Below, one piece after another: positions 18,112-25,396 of a DNA stretch of 42,482 bases. Under the pieces are notes generated by a model. It made no database searches and had not been told where the DNA came from. It was given only the letters and a program-made list of their open reading frames with translations. Within the stretch, counting starts at the first letter, position 1. Every line of letters starts with the position of its first letter. This stretch comes from Chloroflexota bacterium (GTDB lineage: Bacteria > Chloroflexota > Ktedonobacteria > Ktedonobacterales > Ktedonobacteraceae): positions 1 to 42,482 of the forward strand of contig DAHVFL010000001.1 in NCBI GenBank assembly GCA_027316975.1, given 5' to 3'. The position numbers were made by a program, and so were the translations under genes.

Positions 18112-19839
18112 TTAGCTTTGCAATGGAAGCAGCGTGAAGGTCTCACTATCGATCAATCCCTGGTCGGTCAGCTTCAGGGATGGGATCACTGAAAGCGAGA
18201 GAAAGCTGAGCGTCATGCAGGGATGTTCAAGCGTACAGCCCAGCGCTGCGGCGGCAGCATCCAGCGCGCGCAACTGCTGCACCAGTTCGGCGGCGGGCAG
18301 CGGCGACACAAGTCCGCCCAGGGGCAGGGGCACGCGAGCCTGTACGTCTCCATCGACGACACATACAAAACCGCCACCCATTTCCGCGAGGGCGCGGGCC
18401 GCTATCAGTATGTCGTTATCGCTCGCTCCTGCTATCACCAGGTTATGCGCATCGTGCGCCACGCTTGACCCAATGGCCCCCTTGCGCAGCCCAAAGCCTT
18501 TGACCAGCCCCAGACCCACGTTGCCACTGGCATGATGCCGCTCAATTACCACCAGTTTGAGCAGGTCTCGCGTCGGATCAGCCACAATTGCGCCGTCAAC
18601 GATGGAGGCTTCTTCCCGCAAATGCCGCGTCGTAATTTGCCCCGGCTCTATGCCCACCACTTCGACTAACCCCGCTTTGCCCTCTATGCGCAAGTCCTGC
18701 AATGAAATAGCTCCCATACGTATCGTATCAGTCACACCCGTAAAGGGAGTAGCGGGCGCGTCAACCAGTAGTTTCCCGGCCTGAGCCACCAGTTTGCCAT
18801 CTTTATACACCGATTCCACCGCGAAGCTCACCAGGTCATCCAGCACCACCAGGTCTGCTATAAAGTTGGGAGCAATCGCACCCCGGTTGTACAACCGGAA
18901 ATATTGCGCGGTATTATAGGAGGCGAGACGGATAGCTTCAACCGGGTCAAGCCCCAGTTCGATAGCGCGGCGCACCATCGAATCGACATGCCCGCGCGAG
19001 GTCAGGTCCTGCGGATCGCGGTCATCTGTGACGAAGAGGACACGCGGCGGGTGCAGTTCTTTCACCAGTGGTACCAGGTCGTCCAGGTTGCGCGCGGCAG
19101 ACCCCTCGCGGATCATCAGCCACATACCCAGGCGAATACGCTGTCGCGCCTCTTCCAGCGTGGAACATTCATGGTCGGACATCACACCAGCCGTGGCATA
19201 GGCGCACAGGTCGGCCCCGGAGAGTCCGGGGGCATGTCCATCCACGACCAGTCCCCTGCGCTGCGTGGCAAGAATCTTGGCAAGCACCTGCTCATCACCA
19301 TGCAGCACGCCCGGCATGTTCATCATTTCTGCAAGTCCCAGCACGCGCTCGTCTTGTAACAATGGCAACAGGTCATCGGCCATCAAAACGCGATATGAGC
19401 TTTCAAAGGATGAGGCAGGCACGCAAGATGAGAGCATCACATAGGCATTCAGCGGCAGGCCGCGCCCCGATTCAAGCACAAAGCGAATGCCCTCTACGCC
19501 TGACACATTGGCAAATTCATGGGGATCGAGCATTACAGTGGTAACACCACGCGGGACGACGAGGCGCGCGAATTCAGAAAGCACCAGCATGGTACTTTCA
19601 ATATGCATATGCCCGTCCATCAGCGCGGGCGCGAGCCAGCGCCCCTGCAAATCGCGTTCCTGGTGGCCGCGATACCTGCCGCCCGCTTCGCTGATGCCAA
19701 CAACCAGTCCATCAGCCAGGACTACATCGGCGGGATAGCATTCGCCACTACACACGTTTACCAGCCGGGCATTGCGTAACAGCAGATCGGCTGGCTCCTC
19801 ACCCCGCGCAATACGTATGCGGCGTCGAAGTTCTTCCAT
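18112..19839 (-). CDS. ade: Adenine deaminase
   Basis: Characteristic LLLRNARLVNV..., the MDGHMHIESTML metal site, and HECSTLEEA. The ATG at 19839 (MEELRRRIRIARG...) is preferred over the longer ORF start at 19914. Confidence 0.88.
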   Translation of the reverse strand: MEELRRRIRIARGEEPADLLLRNARLVNVCSGECYPADVVLADGLVVGISEAGGRYRGHQERDLQGRWLAPALMDGHMHIESTMLVLSEFARLVVPRGVTTVMLDPHEFANVSGVEGIRFVLESGRGLPLNAYVMLSSCVPASSFESSYRVLMADDLLPLLQDERVLGLAEMMNMPGVLHGDEQVLAKILATQRRGLVVDGHAPGLSGADLCAYATAGVMSDHECSTLEEARQRIRLGMWLMIREGSAARNLDDLVPLVKELHPPRVLFVTDDRDPQDLTSRGHVDSMVRRAIELGLDPVEAIRLASYNTAQYFRLYNRGAIAPNFIADLVVLDDLVSFAVESVYKDGKLVAQAGKLLVDAPATPFTGVTDTIRMGAISLQDLRIEGKAGLVEVVGIEPGQITTRHLREEASIVDGAIVADPTRDLLKLVVIERHHASGNVGLGLVKGFGLRKGAIGSSVAHDAHNLVIAGASDNDILIAARALAEMGGGFVCVVDGDVQARVPLPLGGLVSPLPAAELVQQLRALDAAAAALGCTLEHPCMTLSFLSLSVIPSLKLTDQGLIDSETFTLLPLQS

Positions 19840-20053
19840 AGAACCAACTATCCTCTTTGCGTATTTACAATATCTACCATGCGAGATTGACGTTAGTATT
19901 GAACATCGTATCAAAAACTCAGAGCATCGTCGAGAGTCTTGCGCGTGTATATATCATCTAGCGTACAACAAATCTTCAGTGTTTGTATACCTAAGTATAC
20001 TCTCTTGAACAATAACATGGAACGCTTTTCCTCTGAGTGGAATTAAAGTTTTA

Positions 20054-20113
20054 TTGAAAGTGGGATGTGGTAGCAAGCAGCTGCAAATTGCCCGCTACCA
20101 CATCCCACTTTCA
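20054..20113 (-). terminator. 20-21 bp stem hairpin downstream of the URO-D family gene
   Basis: TTGAAAGTGGGATGTGGTAGC ... GCTACCACATCCCACTTTCA(G). It begins 23 nt after the minus-strand stop at 20136. On the minus strand it is followed by an AT-rich, T-rich tract. Confidence 0.6.
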
Positions 20114-20135
20114 GAAAATATAAACCTGCCTACCA

Positions 20136-21089
20136 TCAAGACAGATTATCCACCAGCCGGCGCGCCATATGCAGCCACTCTTCAGGGTTATCATCGGGAA
20201 TTGAGCAGCCATTCGCGAGGATCAGCCGGCGCCCCTTGACCTGAGAGACGGCCGCCATGATTTCGTTATCGATGGCGGACTCATCGCCATGCGTCAACGG
20301 ACCGCGTTCGTGCAGCCCTCCCATCAGGCATTTTAAGGTCATAGTAGCGGCTTCACTGAGACTTGGCCCGGTCAGGCGATCGCTCCAACTCATAACGGAG
20401 ACAGGATAATCGGTGAAGAGATCAAAATAGAGCTGGTCATCCACTTGTGCCGGGTCAGCATGAACATGCACACTATTCAGCCAGCCGCCAGCGGCGCCTT
20501 GCAAAGCCGCTACATCATAAGGAAGAGCATATTTAACATACTCGTCGCGCGTAAAGTCTGCGGTCGTCGCGCCCATGCACGAGAAAAAGATGCCGCTGGC
20601 TCCCGTCTCAATAGCGCCCTCCATCAGGCGGCGCAAGTTAGCAGCAATCGTACCCAGACCCTCGCCGAAAACCAGCGGATTCTTCCTGCATTCCGCGAGA
20701 GCTTTCTCTTTGCCCATAAAGCGTATGGCATAGGTCATTGGACTAAAGAGCGTCAAGATCAGCGGGTAATCACTTCCCAGTCGCTGGCGCAACAGGCGAA
20801 TGCAGGTAAGCTGCTCGCGAAACATAGGGGTATCCAGGTCAAGGCGAGGCAAGAAACGCATCTGTTCCCCCTCTATCAGAGGATCATCCGGTTGCGGGTA
20901 AGGCAAATCAGGCATAATCTTGACGATATCAAGATTAAATTTCTGCACAAAGAACTCCATCGTCACATCTGCCATGCGCTCGCCCGATCCCGCCGGCTTG
21001 AAATGATGCCAGAAACAGAACGGGACGCGGTCAACGTGTTCTCCCTTGAGCGCGGCGCGCACGCGTTCCCCAGGTGTCATACTACTCAT
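20136..21089 (-). CDS. Uroporphyrinogen-decarboxylase (URO-D) family protein, MtaA/CmuA-like group
   Basis: N-terminal MTPGERVRAALKGEHVDRVPF is typical of URO-D/methylcobamide methyltransferase-like proteins. The ATG at 21089 has an AAAGGAA SD. Confidence 0.65.
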   Translation of the reverse strand: MSSMTPGERVRAALKGEHVDRVPFCFWHHFKPAGSGERMADVTMEFFVQKFNLDIVKIMPDLPYPQPDDPLIEGEQMRFLPRLDLDTPMFREQLTCIRLLRQRLGSDYPLILTLFSPMTYAIRFMGKEKALAECRKNPLVFGEGLGTIAANLRRLMEGAIETGASGIFFSCMGATTADFTRDEYVKYALPYDVAALQGAAGGWLNSVHVHADPAQVDDQLYFDLFTDYPVSVMSWSDRLTGPSLSEAATMTLKCLMGGLHERGPLTHGDESAIDNEIMAAVSQVKGRRLILANGCSIPDDNPEEWLHMARRLVDNLS

Positions 21090-21188
21090 GGATTGTTCCT
21101 TTACTCCTACTATTGCACGTAACGCTGTAGCCAACTCTTCAACGCTTCCACCACAAATTATAACACGTTCAGAACGTCGAAACGGTGA

Positions 21189-21217
21189 TTGTAAACAGGC
21201 CTATTTCCTGCTACAAT
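21189..21217 (+). promoter_or_regulatory. Sigma-70-type promoter for the antitoxin-like gene
   Basis: TTGTAA, a 17-nt spacer, then TACAAT, about 40 nt upstream of the ATG at 21257. Confidence 0.45.
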
Positions 21218-21256
21218 GCCTCATATAGAGCAGCGCTCATACTAACAGGAGAACCT

Positions 21257-21640
21257 ATGAAAAAACTTGATGTAAGCGAATTACGCGAAGGCCGTGAACT
21301 GGTAACACGCATCAATGAGATTCTGCGCCTGGTCAAAGAAGACGGCGAGACAATCGAGATTACTGACAAAGGTAAAATTGTTGCGCATGTCGTGCCGACA
21401 AATATGCCACAAAAGGCTATCGATGACAAACTGGCTGCGTCTTTGAGAGGAATTGATGAGCTAGCAGCTAAAATCGGAGCGCGATGGAAAAGCAATTTGG
21501 ATGCAGTTGAAGCAGTTCGTGATGTAAGAGATGACACCGCGTGGAATGATTTAAAACAAATAGCTACAGAACTTGATCCTTATTGGCCCGAAAATATTGG
21601 TGCAGTTGAAACTATACACGATTGTAGACGAGAAGTGTGA
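21257..21640 (+). CDS. Phd/YefM-type antitoxin-like protein with duplicated C-terminal motif; no partner toxin
   Basis: The N-terminus (LDVSELREGRELVTRINEILRLVKEDGETIEITDKGKIVAHVVP) fits the Phd/YefM fold pattern. The C-terminal half holds two related modules (...ARWKSNLDAVEAVRDVRDD / ...PYWPENIGAVETIHDCRRE). AGGAGAA SD upstream of the ATG at 21257. Confidence 0.6.
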   Translation: MKKLDVSELREGRELVTRINEILRLVKEDGETIEITDKGKIVAHVVPTNMPQKAIDDKLAASLRGIDELAAKIGARWKSNLDAVEAVRDVRDDTAWNDLKQIATELDPYWPENIGAVETIHDCRREV

Positions 21641-21670
21641 GGAGCCGACTCATTAAAGGAGAAAAACTAC

Positions 21671-21892
21671 ATGCCTCTTGATCCCCAGGTCGAAGCCTAC
21701 ATGACTCAGATGGCGGCATTAAACGTACCCCCGCTCAATACATTTACCCCTGAGGCCATTCGCCAGTTAATACAAATGCAGATCGACTCTGGTGCCAGCC
21801 AGTTCGGCGAGCCGGAGCCGATTGCTCACGTTGAAAACCGCGCCATTCCCGGTCCGGCTGGCGACATCCCGGTCAGAATCTATAGTTGCTAA
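21671..21892 (+). pseudogene. 5' fragment of an HSL-family (HGGG/GDSAG) esterase gene, truncated by the insertion
   Basis: MPLDPQVEAYM...NRAIPGPAGDIPVRIYSC* is a typical N-terminus of this esterase family. It stops right before the expected HGGG oxyanion motif, which reappears at 25743. AAAGGAG SD. Confidence 0.8.
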
Positions 21893-21971
21893 GAATCTGG
21901 GCAAAAAGTATCTGCCCAAACCTTCGCTTTCACCTACGCCCGTTGACGAACGAACTGGGCGGGCGGTTGGA

Positions 21972-22220
21972 CTACGGCCAACCGTTTTGTTGTTTCCATG
22001 CGTGATGCCGTTGCATCAGTAAGGCTTTGACGGCTTGCCTGTCTTTGCAAGTGCGCAGTTCCTCATCTCCCCGGCGGTGCTCAATGTTGATGGCAGCATT
22101 AAGATCGGCGTGTGCCTGATAACCGCACACCTGACAGCAAAACGTTTGCTGATCGGGTCGGTTGGCTCGGTCTGGATAATGACATATGCTACACTCTTGC
22201 GAGGAGTAGGCACTTTTGAC
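21972..22220 (-). other. tnpB: In-frame continuation of tnpB after the TGA: zinc ribbon and RuvC-III segment
   Basis: It is in the same frame as 22221-23372 and open for 82 codons to TAG at 21974-21972. Translation: VKSAYSSQECSICHYPDRANRPDQQTFCCQVCGYQAHADLNAAINIEHRR.... Confidence 0.8.
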
Positions 22221-23372
22221 TCACGTGGCGACGACGCCGCGCTTGACAGCATTCCAGGCGATCTGTTCGGGGATGTGCGCGAGGTTGGAGGCACGCATGT
22301 AGGCATTCATGGCGCGTGCCTTGTGCTTCATGGTCGCCACTGAGAGATGTTCATACGCAAACTGCGCACCCTCATGCTCGGCAAAGCACTGGTTGACGGC
22401 GCGGTTGATTTCTTGACGGACGTGCCGGGTGAGACGTTGCCCGCTCTTGCTACTGGTGGAGGGAAGCTTCTCGACATTCTTCTTTTCGAGGCATTTGCGG
22501 AGCTTGGCCTTCCGCCGCCGCTTCTCGCGGTCGCGCTTCTGTCGCTCTCGCAGTTTGCCATGAAACGTGCCGTAGTGCTTGCCTGCACTGGTGGTCAGGA
22601 AGTTGGCGATGCCGACATCCACCCCGACGACCGGGGCTGCCGGTTTGGTCTGCACCAGAACGGTTTCATCATAGCTCAGGGTCAACCACCATCCATTACC
22701 GCGCTTGTTGAGCGTCACACTGGTATTACTGGTCTTGCCCGCAAGCGCCTTGCGATGATAGTCTGCCAGCTTGATGGGAACAAATAACTGTTTGCGGAAG
22801 GCGAGGGTGCTGATCTTGAGCCAGTAGTCAAAGCTAGAGTCTTGCGTGGGTTCAAGCACCGCTACATTGACGTTGGCCTGGATGCAGGTCTGTCGAAGTG
22901 TCGGGATGTTCCATTCGCGCCACACTGGTTCTTTGGCCTCTGCATCCAACGTGCCTTCGGCCTCTTGCTGGTGATAGTCCAGCAGGTCATCCAAATAGTC
23001 TTGATACGCCTGTGTGCGATTGGTGCGCCATGACTTCGCGATGCCTGCCGATTGCTGAATAGCAACCCGGTGCCAGCGTTCGGAGAGCGGCGTTGCAAAG
23101 CAGGTGGCCCGAAACTTGTCGGGGTGCTCATCGGTACAAAAAAGGGTGACATACTGTTGGCAGAGCGATAGGTAGACCTGAGCGAGATCGTCGAGCGCGG
23201 CAAGCTTGCCCGCATTGGTCGCTTCCAGTCGGATATGGGTCACAGCTTTGGTGATGGTCTGCGGTTCGTCTTGCCCGGTGTGACGGTAGTTACGCTGCTT
23301 CATGATCATGGTCCTACTTCGCTCTGTCTCTTTATACCTCTTCTTTGTAAGAGGGGAAGATGCGGTAGTCAT
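22221..23372 (-). CDS. tnpB: TnpB (IS200/IS605-type RNA-guided endonuclease family), reading frame ending at an in-frame TGA before the Zn-ribbon/RuvC-III part
   Basis: RuvC-I is PVVGVDVGIANFLT and RuvC-II is AQFAYEHLSV, with a basic linker KRDREKRRRKAKLRK. The ATG at 23372 lies 18 nt after the preceding ORF's stop, with a GTAGGAG SD overlapping that stop. Confidence 0.8.
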   Translation of the reverse strand: MTTASSPLTKKRYKETERSRTMIMKQRNYRHTGQDEPQTITKAVTHIRLEATNAGKLAALDDLAQVYLSLCQQYVTLFCTDEHPDKFRATCFATPLSERWHRVAIQQSAGIAKSWRTNRTQAYQDYLDDLLDYHQQEAEGTLDAEAKEPVWREWNIPTLRQTCIQANVNVAVLEPTQDSSFDYWLKISTLAFRKQLFVPIKLADYHRKALAGKTSNTSVTLNKRGNGWWLTLSYDETVLVQTKPAAPVVGVDVGIANFLTTSAGKHYGTFHGKLRERQKRDREKRRRKAKLRKCLEKKNVEKLPSTSSKSGQRLTRHVRQEINRAVNQCFAEHEGAQFAYEHLSVATMKHKARAMNAYMRASNLAHIPEQIAWNAVKRGVVAT

Positions 23373-23390
23373 CCCCTCTTACTCCTACAT

Positions 23391-23861
23391 CTACGAGACG
23401 CGCTGCATGGGACGCGACAATAGAGGTGTCCTCTGCTGCTCACACCAGTTCAGACATACAAACTCCCATTCTGGCAGATACCGCTCGACACTGTCATAGG
23501 AGGTGTACCCCTCGGCGCGAATGCGCTTGATGAGGGTCTTGGCCTCCTCGATATCCGGGAAGCACGCGAACTTCCCCCGCAGTTTGATGCACCCCTGTTT
23601 GCTATGAATACAGCATCTTCCATCGAGGGTGCTGTAGATCGTGTAGCCCCGGTAGTACTCATAGAACAGGGTATAGATGGTGTTCTCGTTACCGATGATC
23701 GGGTCGGTCTCGTGCAGCGTCAACCGCGCCCGCTCGACCAACTCAAGGGGCCGTGCGACCGTCGAGGGTGCGCGATGCTCTCTGACAGGGGCAGGCGCGG
23801 GTTGCCTGCGCCTGCGGTTCTTTGGCAGGCGATGCGGGTTCCCGTACTTCCTACGCTGCAT
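23391..23861 (-). CDS. 156-aa protein of unknown function with an Arg-rich N-terminus and a Cys-containing C-domain
   Basis: The ATG at 23861 has a GAAGGAG SD and lies 11 nt inside the end of the sigma-like ORF. The N-terminus is MQRRKYGNPHRLPKNRRRRQPAPAP. The C-domain is YRGYTIYSTLDGRCCIHSKQGCIKLRGKFACFPDIEEAK.... I recognise no family. Confidence 0.55.
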   Translation of the reverse strand: MQRRKYGNPHRLPKNRRRRQPAPAPVREHRAPSTVARPLELVERARLTLHETDPIIGNENTIYTLFYEYYRGYTIYSTLDGRCCIHSKQGCIKLRGKFACFPDIEEAKTLIKRIRAEGYTSYDSVERYLPEWEFVCLNWCEQQRTPLLSRPMQRVS

Positions 23862-24996
23862 GGCTCGTACTCCTTCGTGCTTTGAGGAAATCGATGGCCG
23901 TTTTCTTCGCGACGCCTGCCTCTTTTGAAAGCCTCGGACTGGTGACTCGCACACCCTGCGCTTCCAGTCGCGTACAGACTGTCTCAAGCTTCTGCTGGCG
24001 TTGTCGCGCTCTGCCCTCTTTGGGGGTCTCGCTGCGGTGCAGGCGCAGGAACATCAGCGCGTGGTCAATGCTGATTCCTACCTCTTTTGCCAGCCGGCGT
24101 CCGGTGACGATCACACCCTGCCCTTGCAGGTCGAGACATCCCTGCAACAGCGCGGCTTCCTGCTCCGGGGTAATGGTGTAGGTATTGTGGGCATCAGGGT
24201 AGAGAATGTAGGGTTTGCCGTTCCTTGTGCCGAGCGTTGCCTTGCCAAGAGCCAGCGCTCTCAACCGGGCGATGGCATCCCGTTCGGTGGTCAGGATGAG
24301 CCTGCGGTCAAGCCCTAAGAGACGGGCAATCTCGTTGGTGGTGTGCCTGCGCTCGTTGTCATCGGAAAGGCCGTAGCGCAAGCGGAAAATGGCCTGGGCG
24401 CGTGGGGAGAGATAGGAGAGCAGTGTGTCCACCTGGGCGCGTTGCTGCGGGTCACGCTCCGGCGCGGCCTCGGTGGGCAACAGAGGTGTGGCCTGCGGTT
24501 CTTCCAGGTCGTCGGTGTCGAACCATTCCATTTGCTCATCCAGACTGAGCAGGTGATCGAGCGCATCGATCAGGTTGGCGTCTCCCCGTTCGCGCGCCCG
24601 TGTCCATACCCCGTGGTTGATTTTGACCAGACCATCGTTGATGCTGGCACCTTTGACCCTCCCGCGCAGCCAGGCCGCAAGGTAGCTGGTCAGGTCTTCA
24701 ATCTGGGTGAGATCGCTGCGGATAATCACCTCGACCACCGTCAGGTTGGCCTCCCCGATAAGGTCAGGTAGATCGCGGTGATAGCGTGACTTGGGACAGA
24801 GATCAATGGCGAAGTACTTGGCGAGCGACAGGTAGCTCTCGATCAGTTGGTGCTTGATTTGAGTCGGATTGTCGGCTGTTGGAAGACCGGTGATGAGGTG
24901 CCGACGTTGCTCTTCCGAAAGGCGCGGCAGGCGTTTCAGGTCAGCGTAGTAGTACGCTTGATCGTAGGTGGTGTAGTTGGTGATGGTTTGTGTCAT
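23851..24996 (-). CDS. Divergent sigma-70-family-like protein with two extra C-terminal HTH-like modules
   Basis: Region-2-like: LIESYLSLAKYFA...DLIGEANLTVVEVI...LTSYLAAWLRGRV. Region-4-like: LSPRAQAIFRLRYGLSDDNERRHTTNEIARLLGLDRRLILTTERDAIARLR. Repeated tail: VTGRRLAKEVGISIDHALMFLR and VTSPRLSKEAGVAKKTAIDFLK. GGAAGGGA SD. Confidence 0.6.
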   Translation of the reverse strand: MTQTITNYTTYDQAYYYADLKRLPRLSEEQRRHLITGLPTADNPTQIKHQLIESYLSLAKYFAIDLCPKSRYHRDLPDLIGEANLTVVEVIIRSDLTQIEDLTSYLAAWLRGRVKGASINDGLVKINHGVWTRARERGDANLIDALDHLLSLDEQMEWFDTDDLEEPQATPLLPTEAAPERDPQQRAQVDTLLSYLSPRAQAIFRLRYGLSDDNERRHTTNEIARLLGLDRRLILTTERDAIARLRALALGKATLGTRNGKPYILYPDAHNTYTITPEQEAALLQGCLDLQGQGVIVTGRRLAKEVGISIDHALMFLRLHRSETPKEGRARQRQQKLETVCTRLEAQGVRVTSPRLSKEAGVAKKTAIDFLKARRSTSHAA

Positions 24997-25122
24997 GCGT
25001 GTTCCCTTCCAATCGTGTTATCGGGTGAAAACTTGACAGGTCGGGCGTCTCTGTGCCATGAATCTAGGCTGAGAGTGCCCGTAGGACTACTTAACAGGGG
25101 ACTACGTGTGTGCTCTCGTATG

Positions 25123-25165
25123 CTGACCTTGCCATGTACTAGACGGCAAGGTCAGTTTCTTTTCG
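25123..25165 (+). terminator. Plus-strand intrinsic-terminator-like hairpin inside the leader of the sigma-like operon
   Basis: CTGACCTTGCC-(11 nt)-GGCAAGGTCAG followed by TTTCTTTTCG. No plus-strand gene lies upstream. On the minus strand it has no U-tail. Confidence 0.4.
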
Positions 25166-25220
25166 TGTCTTCTTCTCTTTATCACCTCCTTAATATCATC
25201 CTTTGGCATACTCTGATAGG

Positions 25221-25249
25221 AGTATAAAATAATCTTCAAGAAAAGTCAA
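25221..25249 (-). promoter_or_regulatory. Candidate promoter of the sigma-like / small ORF / tnpB operon
   Basis: On the minus strand: TTGACT (25249-25244), a 17-nt spacer, then TATACT (25226-25221). This implies a leader of about 215 nt. Confidence 0.4.
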
Positions 25250-25367
25250 CTCTATTAGTGCTTTATAATCTGTTTTACATATTTAACAATATTTTTCATA
25301 CGTGAGTATGCAGAAATATCTATCTTGATGCTATGTTGGGAAGGCTAGCACATGGATAGGAAAGGAG

Positions 25368-25396
25368 TTGACCGCAGGGATCATACATACTATAAT
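25368..25396 (+). promoter_or_regulatory. Near-consensus sigma-70 promoter of the HTH gene
   Basis: TTGACC, a 17-nt spacer, then TATAAT, about 30 nt upstream of the start codon. Confidence 0.55.

Noticed and set aside
20445-21122. 225-aa plus-strand ORF; likewise 10130-10732, 8742-9374, 5766-6257 and 22347-22787
   Set aside because: All lie opposite genes with strong family motifs. None has a recognisable domain or an SD.
21792-22022. 76-aa plus-strand ORF spanning the esterase/insertion junction
   Set aside because: It crosses the junction out of frame with the esterase and lies antisense to the tnpB tail. It is an artefact of the insertion.
22221-22223. The TGA in tnpB as a selenocysteine codon
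   Set aside because: Only a weak hairpin (CTACTC..GAGTGTAG) lies about 12 nt downstream. The position aligns with a non-conserved, non-catalytic residue, and selenoprotein TnpBs are not known. This cannot be excluded without SECIS modelling and selA/selB/selC evidence, but it is not supported.
23851-24996. The 381-aa protein as an IS630/Tc1-type transposase (suggested by the flanking TA dinucleotides)
   Set aside because: The HTH-like modules are C-terminal rather than N-terminal, and no DDE/DD35E spacing is evident. The termini show only about 4-7 bp of inverted identity. The idea should still be tested with a profile search.
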